From contig CAVWVQ010000003.1 in assembly GCA_963758525.1 (NCBI GenBank), positions 4,480,001 through 4,544,000 of the forward strand: 64,000 bases of DNA, written 5' to 3'. Under the pieces are notes generated by a model. The model did not search any database. It saw only the letters and a program-made list of their open reading frames with translations, and had not been told where the DNA came from. The DNA is from an uncultured Phycisphaerales bacterium (lineage in GTDB: Bacteria > Planctomycetota > Phycisphaerae > Tepidisphaerales > Tepidisphaeraceae). The stretch's first letter is position 1. The number at the start of each line of letters is the position of its first letter. Shown here in pieces: positions 42,969 to 53,485 of this stretch. A program made the position numbers and the translations under genes.

Positions 42969-43427
42969 TTGCCGCAGTTACTTTCCGTGGTGTATCTGAT
43001 CATCACCGCCGCGGTGTTTGCCCGGCTTGAAATCGAAATCGAAGGTCCGCACGGATGGGCGGCCAATCTGCCCACCTGGCGCCTCGATAACCGCTGGACG
43101 CGCCTCTTTTACGGCTCGCGCCCGCTGACCGGCTATCACCTCTGGATGCAGATCTTCGTCCTGCTGATGATTCACGTTCCGCTGGCGATTCAGCCGTCGA
43201 TCCGGTCGTGGGGGGTGGAATTGCGAGTGGCCAGCTTCTACCCCTTATTTTTTATCGCGGAAGACTTTCTGTGGTTCGTCATCAACCCGGCCTTCGGCGT
43301 CTCGCGCTTCCGCCGGGAGCACATCTGGTGGCACGCGCCGTCGTGGTGGTGGATCATGCCCCGCGACTATTGGGTCTTTGGCCTGCTCGGGCTATTCGGG
43401 TATGCGCTGTCGTGGCGTATCGGCTGA
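42969..43427 (+). CDS. Hypothetical membrane protein
   Basis: Hydrophobic; EIEIEGPHGWAANLPTW, EDFLWFVINP. Confidence 0.7.
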   Translation: MPQLLSVVYLIITAAVFARLEIEIEGPHGWAANLPTWRLDNRWTRLFYGSRPLTGYHLWMQIFVLLMIHVPLAIQPSIRSWGVELRVASFYPLFFIAEDFLWFVINPAFGVSRFRREHIWWHAPSWWWIMPRDYWVFGLLGLFGYALSWRIG

Positions 43428-43773
43428 ACTGAATCGCTCCGGCAAGTCGCGACCGCATGACAAATGCCGCTTGCGGCGTCATCGACGGCTCGCTCGTCCA
43501 ACCCGGATTATCTCCAACGTATTCCCTTCGCTTCTGTCTTCGCTGCTTCGCGTCTTCGCGGCTCTTTATTCTTTCTTGCCAAAATCTTCTCATCTCAGCA
43601 CATAGAGTGCAGCGTACTGGGAGTGCGGTCTCAGAGGAGCTGCCTGCCGATAAGAAACTGTTTGCCACCATTGATGCCATTTTCACTTTGCCCGCTGCGC
43701 CGATGCTGAAGCGCCCCGCTTCAGATGGACGCGGCGCGATCCGAAAGAATGAGAGGTTCTGCAGGATTGCGTC

Positions 43774-44677
43774 ATGGCATCAAAGTATTATTCATGGGGC
43801 GAAGCCCAAATCCATTACCGCCAAAGCGGCCTGGGCGATCCGATCCTGCTGGTGCACGGCTTATATCCTGGCGCCAGCAGCGAAGAATTCGACCACAACA
43901 TTCGCGCTGAGCCGGGATTTCAGGGTGTATGCCATCGATCTTCTGGGCTTTGGAATGAGCGACGCGCCGCAGATCCGGTATCGGGCGAAGTTGTATCCGC
44001 TGTTGCTGGGCGACTTCATCCGAGACGTGATCGGTGAACCCGCCGGCGTCGTCACGGCCGGAGAGAGCGGTCCGTTTCTGGCCGCACTGGCGGCGGAGGA
44101 ACCCGACCTGGTATCGAAGTTGGTGTTCATTTCGCCGCAACACTCCCGCTCGACCTTCGGCCGAGCCGGATGGCTCTGGGAAATGGGCCGCGAGCTGGTG
44201 CGTATGCTGCTATTGTTTCCTCCGCTGCACCTGCTTTTTCAGGAAGTGATGGCCGGGGAATGGGAGATCGGGGAAATGTTGCGCCGCTCGTTCCGCGAGA
44301 AGCGAGTGATTGCGCAAGGCCAGGTTGTGCGCTTGAGCGAATTGGCTCGCATGCCTGGGGTGCTCGATGCATATGCGAGCCTTCAAGTCGGCCTCTTGTC
44401 GATGCCATTTGATCCAACGCTGGCGCGGATTGCGGCGCAGACTCTCTTTATCTGCGGCACGTGCGTGGCCCCTGAGACCGCCGAAGACGTTGAATACCTT
44501 TGCCGCCTTGCGCCGAACGGCCGGTTGGAATGGGTCGAACATGCCGCCGAGTGGGTTCACTACGAAATGGCGAGCCGCGCCAATCGTCTGATCGCCAGCT
44601 TTCTGGGAAACGCGCAGGCGTGCGATGTCGGGTCCGACCAGGAAATTTCCGGTCGGTCGGTGCTTGCGGTGGCGTGA
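43774..44677 (+). CDS. Alpha/beta hydrolase fold protein; frameshift at ~43905
   Basis: PILLVHG in the 43774 frame; VYAIDLLGFGMSD and WVHYE in the 43457 frame; no canonical GxSxG seen. Confidence 0.75.
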
Positions 44678-44682
44678 TGAAC

Positions 44683-44825
44683 GGGTGTAACTTTTATTTG
44701 TGGCGATTGCAGATTTTGCGATCGTAGGGCGGGATTCATCCCGCCGTTTTCTCAGCCGGCCAACAAATCGGCGGGATGAATCCCGCCCTACTCGGAGCCG
44801 ATCGCCACTTTCGAGCGCCACACCC
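44683..44825. mobile_element. 143-bp MITE-like element with an exact 8-bp target-site duplication
   Basis: TGATGAAC at 44675-44682 and 44826-44833; TIRs GGGTGT/ACACCC; internal GTAG-REP doublet. Confidence 0.85.
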
Positions 44826-44883
44826 TGATGAACAGACGCGGTCAAACTTGCTTGTCGGGTCCGCGGCGACTAGCTATTGTTAG

Positions 44884-45087
44884 ATGATGAGTACGTTAGC
44901 TGAGATTGAAGCCGCCGCGGAGGCGCTGCCAGCGGAGCAGAAGCAGGAATTGCTCCTATTTTTAGCCGAACGACTCCGGGTATCGGGTGGCCCACGCCCC
45001 GAGCCACGGAAATTTTCCGGCGAACTCATTGCCTCCTGGATTCGCGAGGACGAAGCTGAGATGCTGCGCTTTCGCGAGGGGAAGTGA
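44884..45087 (+). CDS. Small putative antitoxin
   Basis: MSTLAEIEAAAEALPAEQKQELL; overlaps the downstream PIN gene. Confidence 0.65.
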   Translation: MMSTLAEIEAAAEALPAEQKQELLLFLAERLRVSGGPRPEPRKFSGELIASWIREDEAEMLRFREGK

Positions 45088-45502
45088 AGATCTTCCTGGA
45101 TACCAGCGTTTGCTTTCCGCCTGCGGTTCCGCCAGCGGCGCTTCCCGAGAACTTTTTCGCAGGGCTTCGTCAAACGGGTGGATTCTGATGGTGACACCCT
45201 ACGCGTTTGAGGAAGTACGAAGGAATCGACCTGGCCTTCCACCCTGTGCTACCGGTGAGTGGGAAGCTCTTCAGGAGCAGTTATCCCTTGTGCCCGACGT
45301 ATTCACGGTCGACCGGCCAGTAATCTTCGAGCCGGGAAAAGACCGACCGATTCTGTTCAGTGCCCTCGCCTGGGCAGACGTTCTGGTCACGCTCGATCAA
45401 GCCGATTTCGGCGGTCTGATGGACAAGCCGTTCTACGGGCTTCGTGTTGTACGCCCCGGCACTTTTCTCGAAACGGAGCGATCCGCCGGAAGATTGGCAT
45501 AA
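45084..45502 (+). CDS. PIN-domain toxin; frameshift at ~45110
   Basis: GTG-KIFLDTSV, then EEVRRN, KDRPILFSAL and LVTLDQADF. Confidence 0.75.
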
Positions 45503-45527
45503 TCGTTTCAAGATACCCCCCGACACG

Positions 45528-46079
45528 TTATTTCAACAACGCATCCACCATCAGCCGCCATCCCGGCACGGCGGGTTCGGCGTCGGCGATTTCGCCAGTG
45601 CGATAGATGACAGGAACATCTGGCCGGTCCGGCGTGTATTTGCGGATCAAGTCATGGCCCAGCAAGTCCACATCCCAGACCACGCGCGTACCTGCGGCAA
45701 AATAGTCTCGGATCTTTTCCGCGATTTCGCGCTCGGCAAGCGGACCGTAATCCCCTTCGCTTCGCACTTCAACGGCGAAGGCTGGCGCGCCGCTGAGGAA
45801 ACTCATATCGATCGTGGGTCCCGTGTACCAGGCCGCATCCGGGCTGAAAGACTGTCTGTTGGGAAGATTAACGAGGAACCCCGCATTATCAGGCAGCGCG
45901 AAGCCGCCGCCATGCTCCTCTTCGTGCCGAAGCAGGCTGGCGTAAATCTTGCCACCCGCGCGTGCCGGGCGGCCTCCGGTTGGACTCATGAGCTTCACCT
46001 TTCCGTCAACCAATTCGGCTTTGCCGTGACCCGGCACACGACGTAATTCTTCCACGCCTGCGGCTTGTTTCAATTTCAT
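45528..46079 (-). CDS. Uma2-family endonuclease
   Basis: ELVDGKVKLMSP, FSPDAAW, PAFAVEVRS, KIRDYFAAGTRVVW, PAVPGW. Confidence 0.9.
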   Translation of the reverse strand: MKLKQAAGVEELRRVPGHGKAELVDGKVKLMSPTGGRPARAGGKIYASLLRHEEEHGGGFALPDNAGFLVNLPNRQSFSPDAAWYTGPTIDMSFLSGAPAFAVEVRSEGDYGPLAEREIAEKIRDYFAAGTRVVWDVDLLGHDLIRKYTPDRPDVPVIYRTGEIADAEPAVPGWRLMVDALLK

Positions 46080-46143
46080 GGGAAACCTCAGTCACGTGGT
46101 CGATCCATACATCGTAACGCCGGCGGCAACGTCAGCGACATCT

Positions 46144-47316
46144 TTAGCGAGCAGGCAGCGGCGCGTCCTTCGAACCTCCAACTGGATACCCCCGCCATAC
46201 ATACTCCAGCGCCTCCGGCAAGATCTGTTGTTTCATGCTCCCATCGCAGTGCCCCGCGTTGCGCACGAATACGAACTGGTAATGGTATCCCTTGGCGGCC
46301 AGCGCTTTGGCCATGTTCTCGTTGGCGAGCACCCAGTCATGCATGTTGTCGCGCATGATATTCGGATTCAGTAGATCTCTGTCGCCCACTTCCATCCAGA
46401 TGCGCAGCGGCTTGGCCGGGCTGTCTGGGATCAGGTGCTCATGCAGTTCCCATGCGCCATGGGGCGCCGCCGGATTGCTTGGCCATTGCTGATTCACATA
46501 CGTGCCGGAAAAGGTGAGAACGCGGTGGTAGAGATCGGGGTGATACCAAGCCATGATCATCGCACACGAGCCGCCGGAACTGCATCCCATCGTCGCCCGG
46601 CCTTCGGGATCTTTGGTGAGCTTTACATTGCACTGGCGCTCCACGAGCGGCAGCACCTCTGTCTCGACAAACTCGGCGTATGTGCCGGACATGGTGTCAT
46701 ATTCCAGCCCGCGTTCGCTCCCCTGGGCATCTCCGCTGCCGTTGCCGATGGAGATCGCGATCATCACCGGGACGCGGTGCGCGGCGATGAGATTATCCAG
46801 AGCCGTGAAGAGATTATGGTCGGGCCCATCTGCTCCCACGATGAAAGGCGCGGTTGTGCCGGCGGCATATTGTTTGGGGACGTAGACAGCCACTTTGCGC
46901 GTATATGGCGCTGGATGGCTGCTGCTCACCAACAGCTTGTCCGGGTCGGCTGGATCAACCGTGCCAAAAGTATTCGGTTCGCGCGCGATCCCAGGATAAA
47001 TCTTGCTGTCGGCCGACTTCATGGTGAAGTTAACCACAGTCCCTTGCGGCACGCCCGCCTGCGCACTCATTTCCGGCGCGCGTGCGTGAGTCGGGCCGAT
47101 GATGAAATTTCCGTCCGCGTCCGCCGGCGGAAGAGTGCCGTCGGGCAGTTCCTTGGCCGTCACAAACCCTGGCACGTTCGGATCGCGCGTGGGCGGCGTC
47201 GGCCGCGCCCGGCGTGTGGCCGCCGGGCGAGTTTGCGGCGCATCCGCCGCAATTGCGGGGCATGTGCAAAGGAGCAGACCCACCAACAACGCAATTCTCA
47301 AAATTTTCAAATTCAT
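46144..47316 (-). CDS. Secreted enterochelin-esterase-like (Fes family) alpha/beta hydrolase
   Basis: Signal peptide; RKVAVYVPKQY, RGLEYD, GCSSGG, AGH. Confidence 0.85.
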   Translation of the reverse strand: MNLKILRIALLVGLLLCTCPAIAADAPQTRPAATRRARPTPPTRDPNVPGFVTAKELPDGTLPPADADGNFIIGPTHARAPEMSAQAGVPQGTVVNFTMKSADSKIYPGIAREPNTFGTVDPADPDKLLVSSSHPAPYTRKVAVYVPKQYAAGTTAPFIVGADGPDHNLFTALDNLIAAHRVPVMIAISIGNGSGDAQGSERGLEYDTMSGTYAEFVETEVLPLVERQCNVKLTKDPEGRATMGCSSGGSCAMIMAWYHPDLYHRVLTFSGTYVNQQWPSNPAAPHGAWELHEHLIPDSPAKPLRIWMEVGDRDLLNPNIMRDNMHDWVLANENMAKALAAKGYHYQFVFVRNAGHCDGSMKQQILPEALEYVWRGYPVGGSKDAPLPAR

Positions 47317-47729
47317 AGGTATACAGAAAGGGGACCGTGTATCGATCGACTGATGGCTTTCGCCTTGTTCGCTTCAGCGGGCCGTCCGAATTGGCGGGCA
47401 TCATTTCTCCCGCGGGAACTTTCAAACTCGGTACGGACGCCGCGTAAACGATTATTCTTGATCGCGCGGGCGATATCAAATGTCGCGCGATCCCGGTGGT
47501 TGTGGGGCGTGCTCAATCGGATGACAACCGCGCATCCCCAAAGCCAACGGATTGCCATCCGTTGCGAATTTTCCGGGAGCGGAGAAACACACGGAAAGCG
47601 GGGACCGACGGATGGCAATCCGTTGGCTTTCAATGGAAAACCTCGACGCCGTCGAACCCCCGCGCGTTCATTTGCCGGGTCGCATATCATTCGTCCGACC
47701 ATGAGCCGAGCAGTTGGCAACGCACCAAT

Positions 47730-49598
47730 ATGATGAAGCCCGAGAACAACTTCACAGCCCTCTGGAATCTGGCCTGCGGGCATCGCCGGCGATTCTTGCT
47801 GGCGATGATCGCGATGTTCTGCGGCGTGGCGATGCTGTACGTAACCCCGCTCGTTACCCGCGCCACGATCGATGGCGTGATCACAACGCATCCAACTGCC
47901 GGCATATCCCCCGCGGCAAGCTTTCTGGCTCATCGCAAGCAGCAGTGGGGAACCGAACTGACGCTCTGGCTGGCGGCGGCCGCGGTGGCGGTTGTGACGG
48001 CTTCCGCGGCGGTCTGCATGAACCTGCAGGGCAGACTCTCCGGAATCGCGAGCGAAACAATCGCCCGGCAACTTCGCGATCGGCTCGCGGCGCATCTGCA
48101 GCAGGTGCCAATGTCCTGGCATGACAAGGTGGCGACCGGCGACATCGTGCAGCGCTGCACGAGCGATGTTGACACGGTTCGGCTGTTTTATCGCGAGCAG
48201 GTCATCGAAATCGCCCGAACCTCCTGGCGCATCGCGATCGGATTTCCGATTCTCCTGTGGCTGGATTGGAGGATGGCGCTGTGTGCGACGGCGCTGATGC
48301 CGGTGATCGTCGGGTTTGCGATCGTCTTTTTCAGGAAAGTCCATGGATCGTTCAGAAAAACGGAGGAGGCCGAGGGCGTCATGACCGCGGCGCTGCAGGA
48401 AAACCTGACTGGCGTACGGGTTGTGCGCGCCTTTGCGCGCCAGGATTTCGAGATCGAGCGGTTCACGAAGAAGAACGCGGCGTATCGCGACAGGCACTGG
48501 CATCTTTTCAAAATCCTGGCCGTGTACTGGTCGACGTCCGACCTCCTGTGCATATGTCAGTTTGCGGCGGTCGTCTTTGTCGGCGCATGGCGCGCGTCAA
48601 AAGGAACGATGACGATCGGCACGATGATCGCCTTCGTCTCCTATGCGCAGATGTTCATCTGGCCCATCAGGGAAGTGGGGAGGGTGCTGACAGAATTGGG
48701 AAAGACCCTGGTCGCGATCACGCGAATCAAGGAGGTGCTCGACGTTCCTGAGGAAACGTCCCCAGGGCATCCTATTGCCGAGCCCGCTCGGGTTCGCGGC
48801 CGGATCGAACTTTCGCACGTCAGCTTCCACTACGGCGACAAACAGGTGCTCACCGACGTTTCATTGTCCATTCCCGCTGGAAAAACATTGGCACTCATCG
48901 GCCCGTCCGGCTCTGGAAAGACTACGCTCGTGAACCTGCTGCTTCGGCTGTACGACTACGATACCGGCACCATCACGCTTGACGGCATCGAGCTCCAATC
49001 GCTCGACCGCAAGTATGTGCGAAGCCAGTTCGGGGTCGTGCTGCAGGAGCCGTTCCTCTATTCCAAAACGCTGCGGGAGAACATCAAGCTTGGGCGGCAC
49101 TGGGCGCTCGACGAGGAGATGATCCTGGCGGCGCGAACGGCGGCAATTCACGAATCGATCGAATCGTTCGATGCCAGGTACGACACGCTGATCGGCGAGC
49201 GCGGCGTCACCCTCTCGGGCGGCCAGCGGCAACGGGCGGCGATCGCACGCGCACTGCTGAAGGACGCGCCGATTGTCATTCTCGATGACGCGCTGAGCGC
49301 GGTGGACATGAACACCGAACGTTCCATCCTCAATCAACTGCGCCGCCGAAGTCGAAATACCACGACGATCATCATCGCCCACCGGCTTTCGACACTCATG
49401 CACGCCGACCGGATCGCGGTCATGGAAAAAGGACGCATCATTCAACTGGGGACGCACGATGAGCTTGTCGCGCAGGAAGGGCTCTATCGCCGGCTCTGGC
49501 AGATTCAGGGGGTTCTCGCGGAAGACCTGCGTCTGGAAATGGCGGCCGACACCAACGGCACGGCAACGGAGCCAGCAGCGATGGAGCAAGTCCAATGA
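47730..49598 (+). CDS. ABC exporter, TMD-NBD subunit 1
   Basis: GPSGSGKT, LSGGQRQR, degenerate Walker B ILDDALSAVD, AHRL. Confidence 0.9.
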   Translation: MMKPENNFTALWNLACGHRRRFLLAMIAMFCGVAMLYVTPLVTRATIDGVITTHPTAGISPAASFLAHRKQQWGTELTLWLAAAAVAVVTASAAVCMNLQGRLSGIASETIARQLRDRLAAHLQQVPMSWHDKVATGDIVQRCTSDVDTVRLFYREQVIEIARTSWRIAIGFPILLWLDWRMALCATALMPVIVGFAIVFFRKVHGSFRKTEEAEGVMTAALQENLTGVRVVRAFARQDFEIERFTKKNAAYRDRHWHLFKILAVYWSTSDLLCICQFAAVVFVGAWRASKGTMTIGTMIAFVSYAQMFIWPIREVGRVLTELGKTLVAITRIKEVLDVPEETSPGHPIAEPARVRGRIELSHVSFHYGDKQVLTDVSLSIPAGKTLALIGPSGSGKTTLVNLLLRLYDYDTGTITLDGIELQSLDRKYVRSQFGVVLQEPFLYSKTLRENIKLGRHWALDEEMILAARTAAIHESIESFDARYDTLIGERGVTLSGGQRQRAAIARALLKDAPIVILDDALSAVDMNTERSILNQLRRRSRNTTTIIIAHRLSTLMHADRIAVMEKGRIIQLGTHDELVAQEGLYRRLWQIQGVLAEDLRLEMAADTNGTATEPAAMEQVQ

Positions 49599-51457
49599 GC
49601 GCTCCCGCCATGGAAGACGATGTGTTCACGGGCAAAATGGATTTTGCCCTGTGGCGGAAGATCCTGAAGTTCGCGCTCCCGCATAAGGGGAAAATTCTTG
49701 CCGTCATGACGGCAGGAGCAGTGGTCTCCTGCTTCGATATTTGCCTGCCGTTCCTCACCGGCCGGATCGTGGACGCGGTCATGGCTCACGGCACCGCGAC
49801 CGTGCTGCGCGGCTACATGTGGGCGTATGCCCTGGTCATCGCGGGATTTTGCACCTGCATACTCAGTTTCATCGCCCTTGCGGGACGCATCACCGTCAGC
49901 ATCAGCTACGACGTTCGGCAGACCTGTTTCGATAAACTGCAGCGACTCCCGTTTGCGTATTACGATCGCAAAGCCGTCGGCTGGCTCGTGGCTCGGATGA
50001 CCAGCGACTGCTCAAATCTGTCACGCGTGATGGCGTGGTCGCTGCTCGACTTGACATGGGGATCCTGCACGCTGATCGGCATTACGCTGTTGATGTTTTC
50101 GCTGGCGTGGCGTCTGGCGCTGGTGGTGATCACGATCGGTCCGATTCTCATTGCCATCAGCAGGTACTACCAGGTTCGGCTCCTCAAGACTTCGCGGGCG
50201 CTGCGCAAGGCCAACTCGCAAACCACCGCCGCGTTCAATGAGGGCATCGTCGGCGTGAAAACCAGCAAATCGATGGTGCGCGAAGAGCGAAATGCCGAGG
50301 AATTCGCGCATCTCACGGAGACCATGTACGGCCACGCGGTGCGCAATGCGCTATATGCGTCCATGTTCTGGCCGATGATGCTCTCGGTCTGCGGGGTCGG
50401 CATCGCGCTGGCGCTGCGCTTCGGCGGCCTCGGCGTGATTCACGGACAGATGACGCTGGGCGCGCTGGCGACATTTCTGCAAATCGTTTTTTTCATCCAG
50501 TTTCCCGTGCAGGAACTCACCAACGCCATTACGCAGATTCAGGGCGCCCAGGCGTCGGCCGAGCGCGTGCAGGGCCTGCTCGACGCTGAAGTTGAAATCG
50601 AGGACTCGCCGTTGGTCATCGAGAAAATTCGCAAGCATGGCGCCAGCCCGCGCGCAAAGACCGCTGATCCGCACACTGCGATTGACGGGATGGATTCAAG
50701 AGTGCATTCCATCGAATTTCGCAATGTGGGCTTCTCCTATCGGGGGGGCCAAACGGTCTTGAGCGATTTCAATCTGCGCGTTCGGGCCGGCGAATCAATT
50801 GCCATCGTCGGCCCGACCGGGGGCGGCAAGACAACAATCGTCGGATTGGCCTGCCGATTTTATGAGCCAGCTTCAGGACAGATCCTGATCAACGGAATCG
50901 ATTACCGCGATCGTTCCTTGAAATGGCTTCAGTCGAACCTTGGCATGGTCTTGCAGCAGCCGTATCTGTTCAGCGGGACGGTGAAGGAAAACATTCGCTA
51001 CGGACGGCTCGGCGCAACCGATGAGGAAATTGTGCAGGCCGCGAAACTGACCGAAGCTCACGACTTCATCAAGCTGATGAAGGACGGCTACAACGCTGCC
51101 GTCGGCGAGGGGGGCAATCAGCTCTCAACCGGGCAAAAGCAGTTGATCGCACTCGCCCGGGCAATCATTGCCAACCCGCAGATTTTCGTCATGGACGAAG
51201 CGACCAGCTCGGTTGACACCCACACGGAACGCGCGATCCAGGCAGCAATCGATCGAATTCTGAAAAACCGAATCAGCTTCGTCATTGCCCACCGGCTTTC
51301 AACGATTAAGTCCGCCAGCCGCATCCTGGTTGTCGAGGCTGGCCGCATCATCGAAGATGGAAATCATCATTCACTGATCCGCCAGCGCGGGCATTATTGC
51401 GAGCTTTATACGAATCAGTTCACCCACGAGCGGGAGGAAGCGGTGCTTGGCGGGTAG
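49595..51457 (+). CDS. ABC exporter, TMD-NBD subunit 2 (heterodimer partner)
   Basis: GPTGGGKT, LSTGQKQ, MDEATSSVD; ATGA overlap with subunit 1. Confidence 0.9.
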   Translation: MSAPAMEDDVFTGKMDFALWRKILKFALPHKGKILAVMTAGAVVSCFDICLPFLTGRIVDAVMAHGTATVLRGYMWAYALVIAGFCTCILSFIALAGRITVSISYDVRQTCFDKLQRLPFAYYDRKAVGWLVARMTSDCSNLSRVMAWSLLDLTWGSCTLIGITLLMFSLAWRLALVVITIGPILIAISRYYQVRLLKTSRALRKANSQTTAAFNEGIVGVKTSKSMVREERNAEEFAHLTETMYGHAVRNALYASMFWPMMLSVCGVGIALALRFGGLGVIHGQMTLGALATFLQIVFFIQFPVQELTNAITQIQGAQASAERVQGLLDAEVEIEDSPLVIEKIRKHGASPRAKTADPHTAIDGMDSRVHSIEFRNVGFSYRGGQTVLSDFNLRVRAGESIAIVGPTGGGKTTIVGLACRFYEPASGQILINGIDYRDRSLKWLQSNLGMVLQQPYLFSGTVKENIRYGRLGATDEEIVQAAKLTEAHDFIKLMKDGYNAAVGEGGNQLSTGQKQLIALARAIIANPQIFVMDEATSSVDTHTERAIQAAIDRILKNRISFVIAHRLSTIKSASRILVVEAGRIIEDGNHHSLIRQRGHYCELYTNQFTHEREEAVLGG

Positions 51458-51477
51458 TATACGGCGAAGGAAACCCA

Positions 51478-52323
51478 ATGAATAAATCGATTGTCGGAGG
51501 ACGTTCGGTCGCGGCGCGTGCTCCCTATGAGTCGGGAATGATCGAGGCGCTCGAGAGCCGCCGGCTGCTATCGGTGTCGCCTGTCACTCACCTCGCGCCG
51601 TCGGCGTTGGCTGCGGCGATTACCCTCAAGCCCGCAACGCCGGCGAAGATTCTTGCGGGCAGAACCGGCTTTGAAACCGTCACGATCCGTAACTCCAGCG
51701 CCGCCAGCGAAACCCAGGACATCAGCATCACGCTCGCTCCGTCGCTGGACGGGACGACCGCAGCGGGAAGCTACAGCACGCCGGGGGTTACCGAGACACT
51801 GACCATCAAGGCGCACGGCAGCGCGACGGTCAAGGTTCCATTCATCCCGCCGGCCACGCTGGCCGCCGGCAGGTACCGCACGCTGGCGTACGTGCAAGTC
51901 GGTTTCAGCACCACACTCGCCACCGCGCCCGGCGCTTACACCCTGGTTCTCCCGCCCGGCTCCACCACCACGCCGAGCCTCATCGGGCATTACGCTGGCT
52001 TGATCCTCGCCACCAGCAGCACCGGCGGCGCCCATGGCACGCACTCGGCCGGATTCGGTTGGGAAACCACCGATCAAACGGACAGCACCCTGACCGGCCT
52101 CTTCGCCGTCGGGTCGGGTCAAGCCGCCGGCGTCATGACCGGCGCGGAACTGACCACTGGCGTCATTCAGTTCACGTTCACTTCCGATGACATCACCTAC
52201 ACCATCAAGGGCAAAGTCACCCCCGACGGCTCAAGAATATCCGGCACCTTCAAGGGCGTACTGCTGAACAACATTTTCAAGAAGCTCAACGGCAACTTCA
52301 GATTGAGCCGCCAGGCTTCGTAG
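51478..52323 (+). CDS. LEPR-XLL-type secreted protein
   Basis: IEALESRRLLS followed by a Thr/Gly-rich beta body. Confidence 0.7.
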   Translation: MNKSIVGGRSVAARAPYESGMIEALESRRLLSVSPVTHLAPSALAAAITLKPATPAKILAGRTGFETVTIRNSSAASETQDISITLAPSLDGTTAAGSYSTPGVTETLTIKAHGSATVKVPFIPPATLAAGRYRTLAYVQVGFSTTLATAPGAYTLVLPPGSTTTPSLIGHYAGLILATSSTGGAHGTHSAGFGWETTDQTDSTLTGLFAVGSGQAAGVMTGAELTTGVIQFTFTSDDITYTIKGKVTPDGSRISGTFKGVLLNNIFKKLNGNFRLSRQAS

Positions 52324-52568
52324 AATGGGAAGGGGCGAAGCGCGCGGCCACCAGATGTTGCGGAAGACCGCTCATGCTTCCTCCCGCGTAGCCGCGACGT
52401 TGCTCGCGGTTTCCCGAGCAGGCCATCACCTGCGGCTTCTCGCTGCTTCAGGGCCGCCGCCTTCCTCCGCCTTCCTGCGCGTTCCAGCTGCCGCGTTCCA
52501 GCTTGACACACCTGCTCCCGCAGATAGAGTTGTCAGCCGCTCGATTCGGCGGATCAGGCGCCGTTCTC

Positions 52569-52639
52569 GGGGCCATAGTGAAATGGGATCACGCGACCAT
52601 GGCATGGTTGAATTTGGGGTTCAAATCCCCATGGCTCCA
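52569..52639 (+). tRNA. tRNA-Ala(GGC), CCA not encoded
   Basis: Acceptor GGGGCCA/TGGCTCC with G3:U70; anticodon arm CGACC-ATGGCAT-GGTTG (A32-U38); T arm GGGG-TTCAAAT-CCCC. Confidence 0.9.
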
Positions 52640-52660
52640 ATCCCGACGCAGTCGGGATTA

Positions 52661-52797
52661 GAGCAGTGGAGCGGTAGAACAGTAGAGCAGTAGAAAAAAC
52701 GATACAGGCCAAACGACTCGGCCATCCGGGCGGGGCTCGCTCCACTGCGGTCTACTGCTCCACTGTTCTACTGCTCTTCCTCGGCCCTGGGGACTCC
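52661..52797. repeat. Inverted GAGCAGTAGA-type short repeats upstream of the four-helix-bundle gene
   Basis: GAGCAGTGGAGCGGTAGAACAGTAGAGCAGTAGAA ... CTACTGCTCCACTGTTCTACTGCTC. Confidence 0.65.
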
Positions 52798-52823
52798 TGT
52801 TCTTCTCCCGGCGGGCTCGGCAA

Positions 52824-53227
52824 ATGCCCTTCATGTTCGAAAACCTCCAAGTCTACCAGAAGTCCGTGGACCTCGCCGACCGCATCGCCGCCTTGACCCA
52901 GAACTTCCCCCGCGGCTACTACTTTCTCACCGATCAACTCAATCGTGCCGTTGTCTCCATCGCCACCAATCTGGCCGAGGGCAATGGTCGGTTCACCAAG
53001 GCTGATCGCCGCAATTTCTTCACCATCGCCCGCGGCTCCGTCCAGGAGTGCGTCCCTCTGCTGGAAATCTCTCGGCGGTCCTTGACGCCGATCATGACGC
53101 TCTCAAGAACAACCTCGAAGAAATTCCCAGAATGCTCTCCGGCCTCATTACCGGCTTGGACAAACGGGAGGGACCGCGAGAAGCCGGCAAGGCAAATGAA
53201 AGGAGCATTTTCAATAATCAATTGTGA
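52824..53227 (+). pseudogene. Four-helix-bundle (S23/IVS-type) protein gene with frameshift or deletion at ~53075
   Basis: FENLQVYQKS, LTDQLNRA, NLAEG, IARGSVQEC, then LEEIPRMLSGL in another frame; TTTTGCA repeats downstream. May be intact if the shift is a sequencing error. Confidence 0.7.
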
Positions 53228-53325
53228 CCCATTGCGACCCCTTTTGCATTTTTGCCTTTTGCATTTTCAGTAGTGAGCCCTTTTGCATTTTCCAGATTAA
53301 ATTCGATGCATTTCGCGTACTGCCT

Positions 53326-53415
53326 TCACAGTTGCGACCAACCGCCGTCGACGGGAAGTTCGGCACCGGTCGTGAAGGTCGCGTCGAACGCAAGGAAGAG
53401 GACGGCCTTCGCGAT
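53326..53415 (-). pseudogene. Orphan C-terminal fragment of an SDR gene
   Basis: Minus-strand translation [29 protein letters not shown] with no upstream SDR body. Confidence 0.65.
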
Positions 53416-53485
53416 CGCTTATGAACCATTTGGTACGATAATAGGTGCGATCGCCGCAATCTCCGCCCCTTCGGGACACCGCTTC

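Noticed and set aside
1..45502. Many frameshifted genes as pseudogenes or programmed frameshifts
   Set aside because: More than 15 single-base shifts hit unrelated genes with intact motifs and no in-frame stops, often near short homopolymers. Long-read indel error is the simplest explanation; polishing would settle it.
52824..53227. Four-helix bundle as DGR Avd or 23S rRNA intervening sequence
   Set aside because: No RT and no rRNA nearby; stand-alone copies with flanking short repeats are common.
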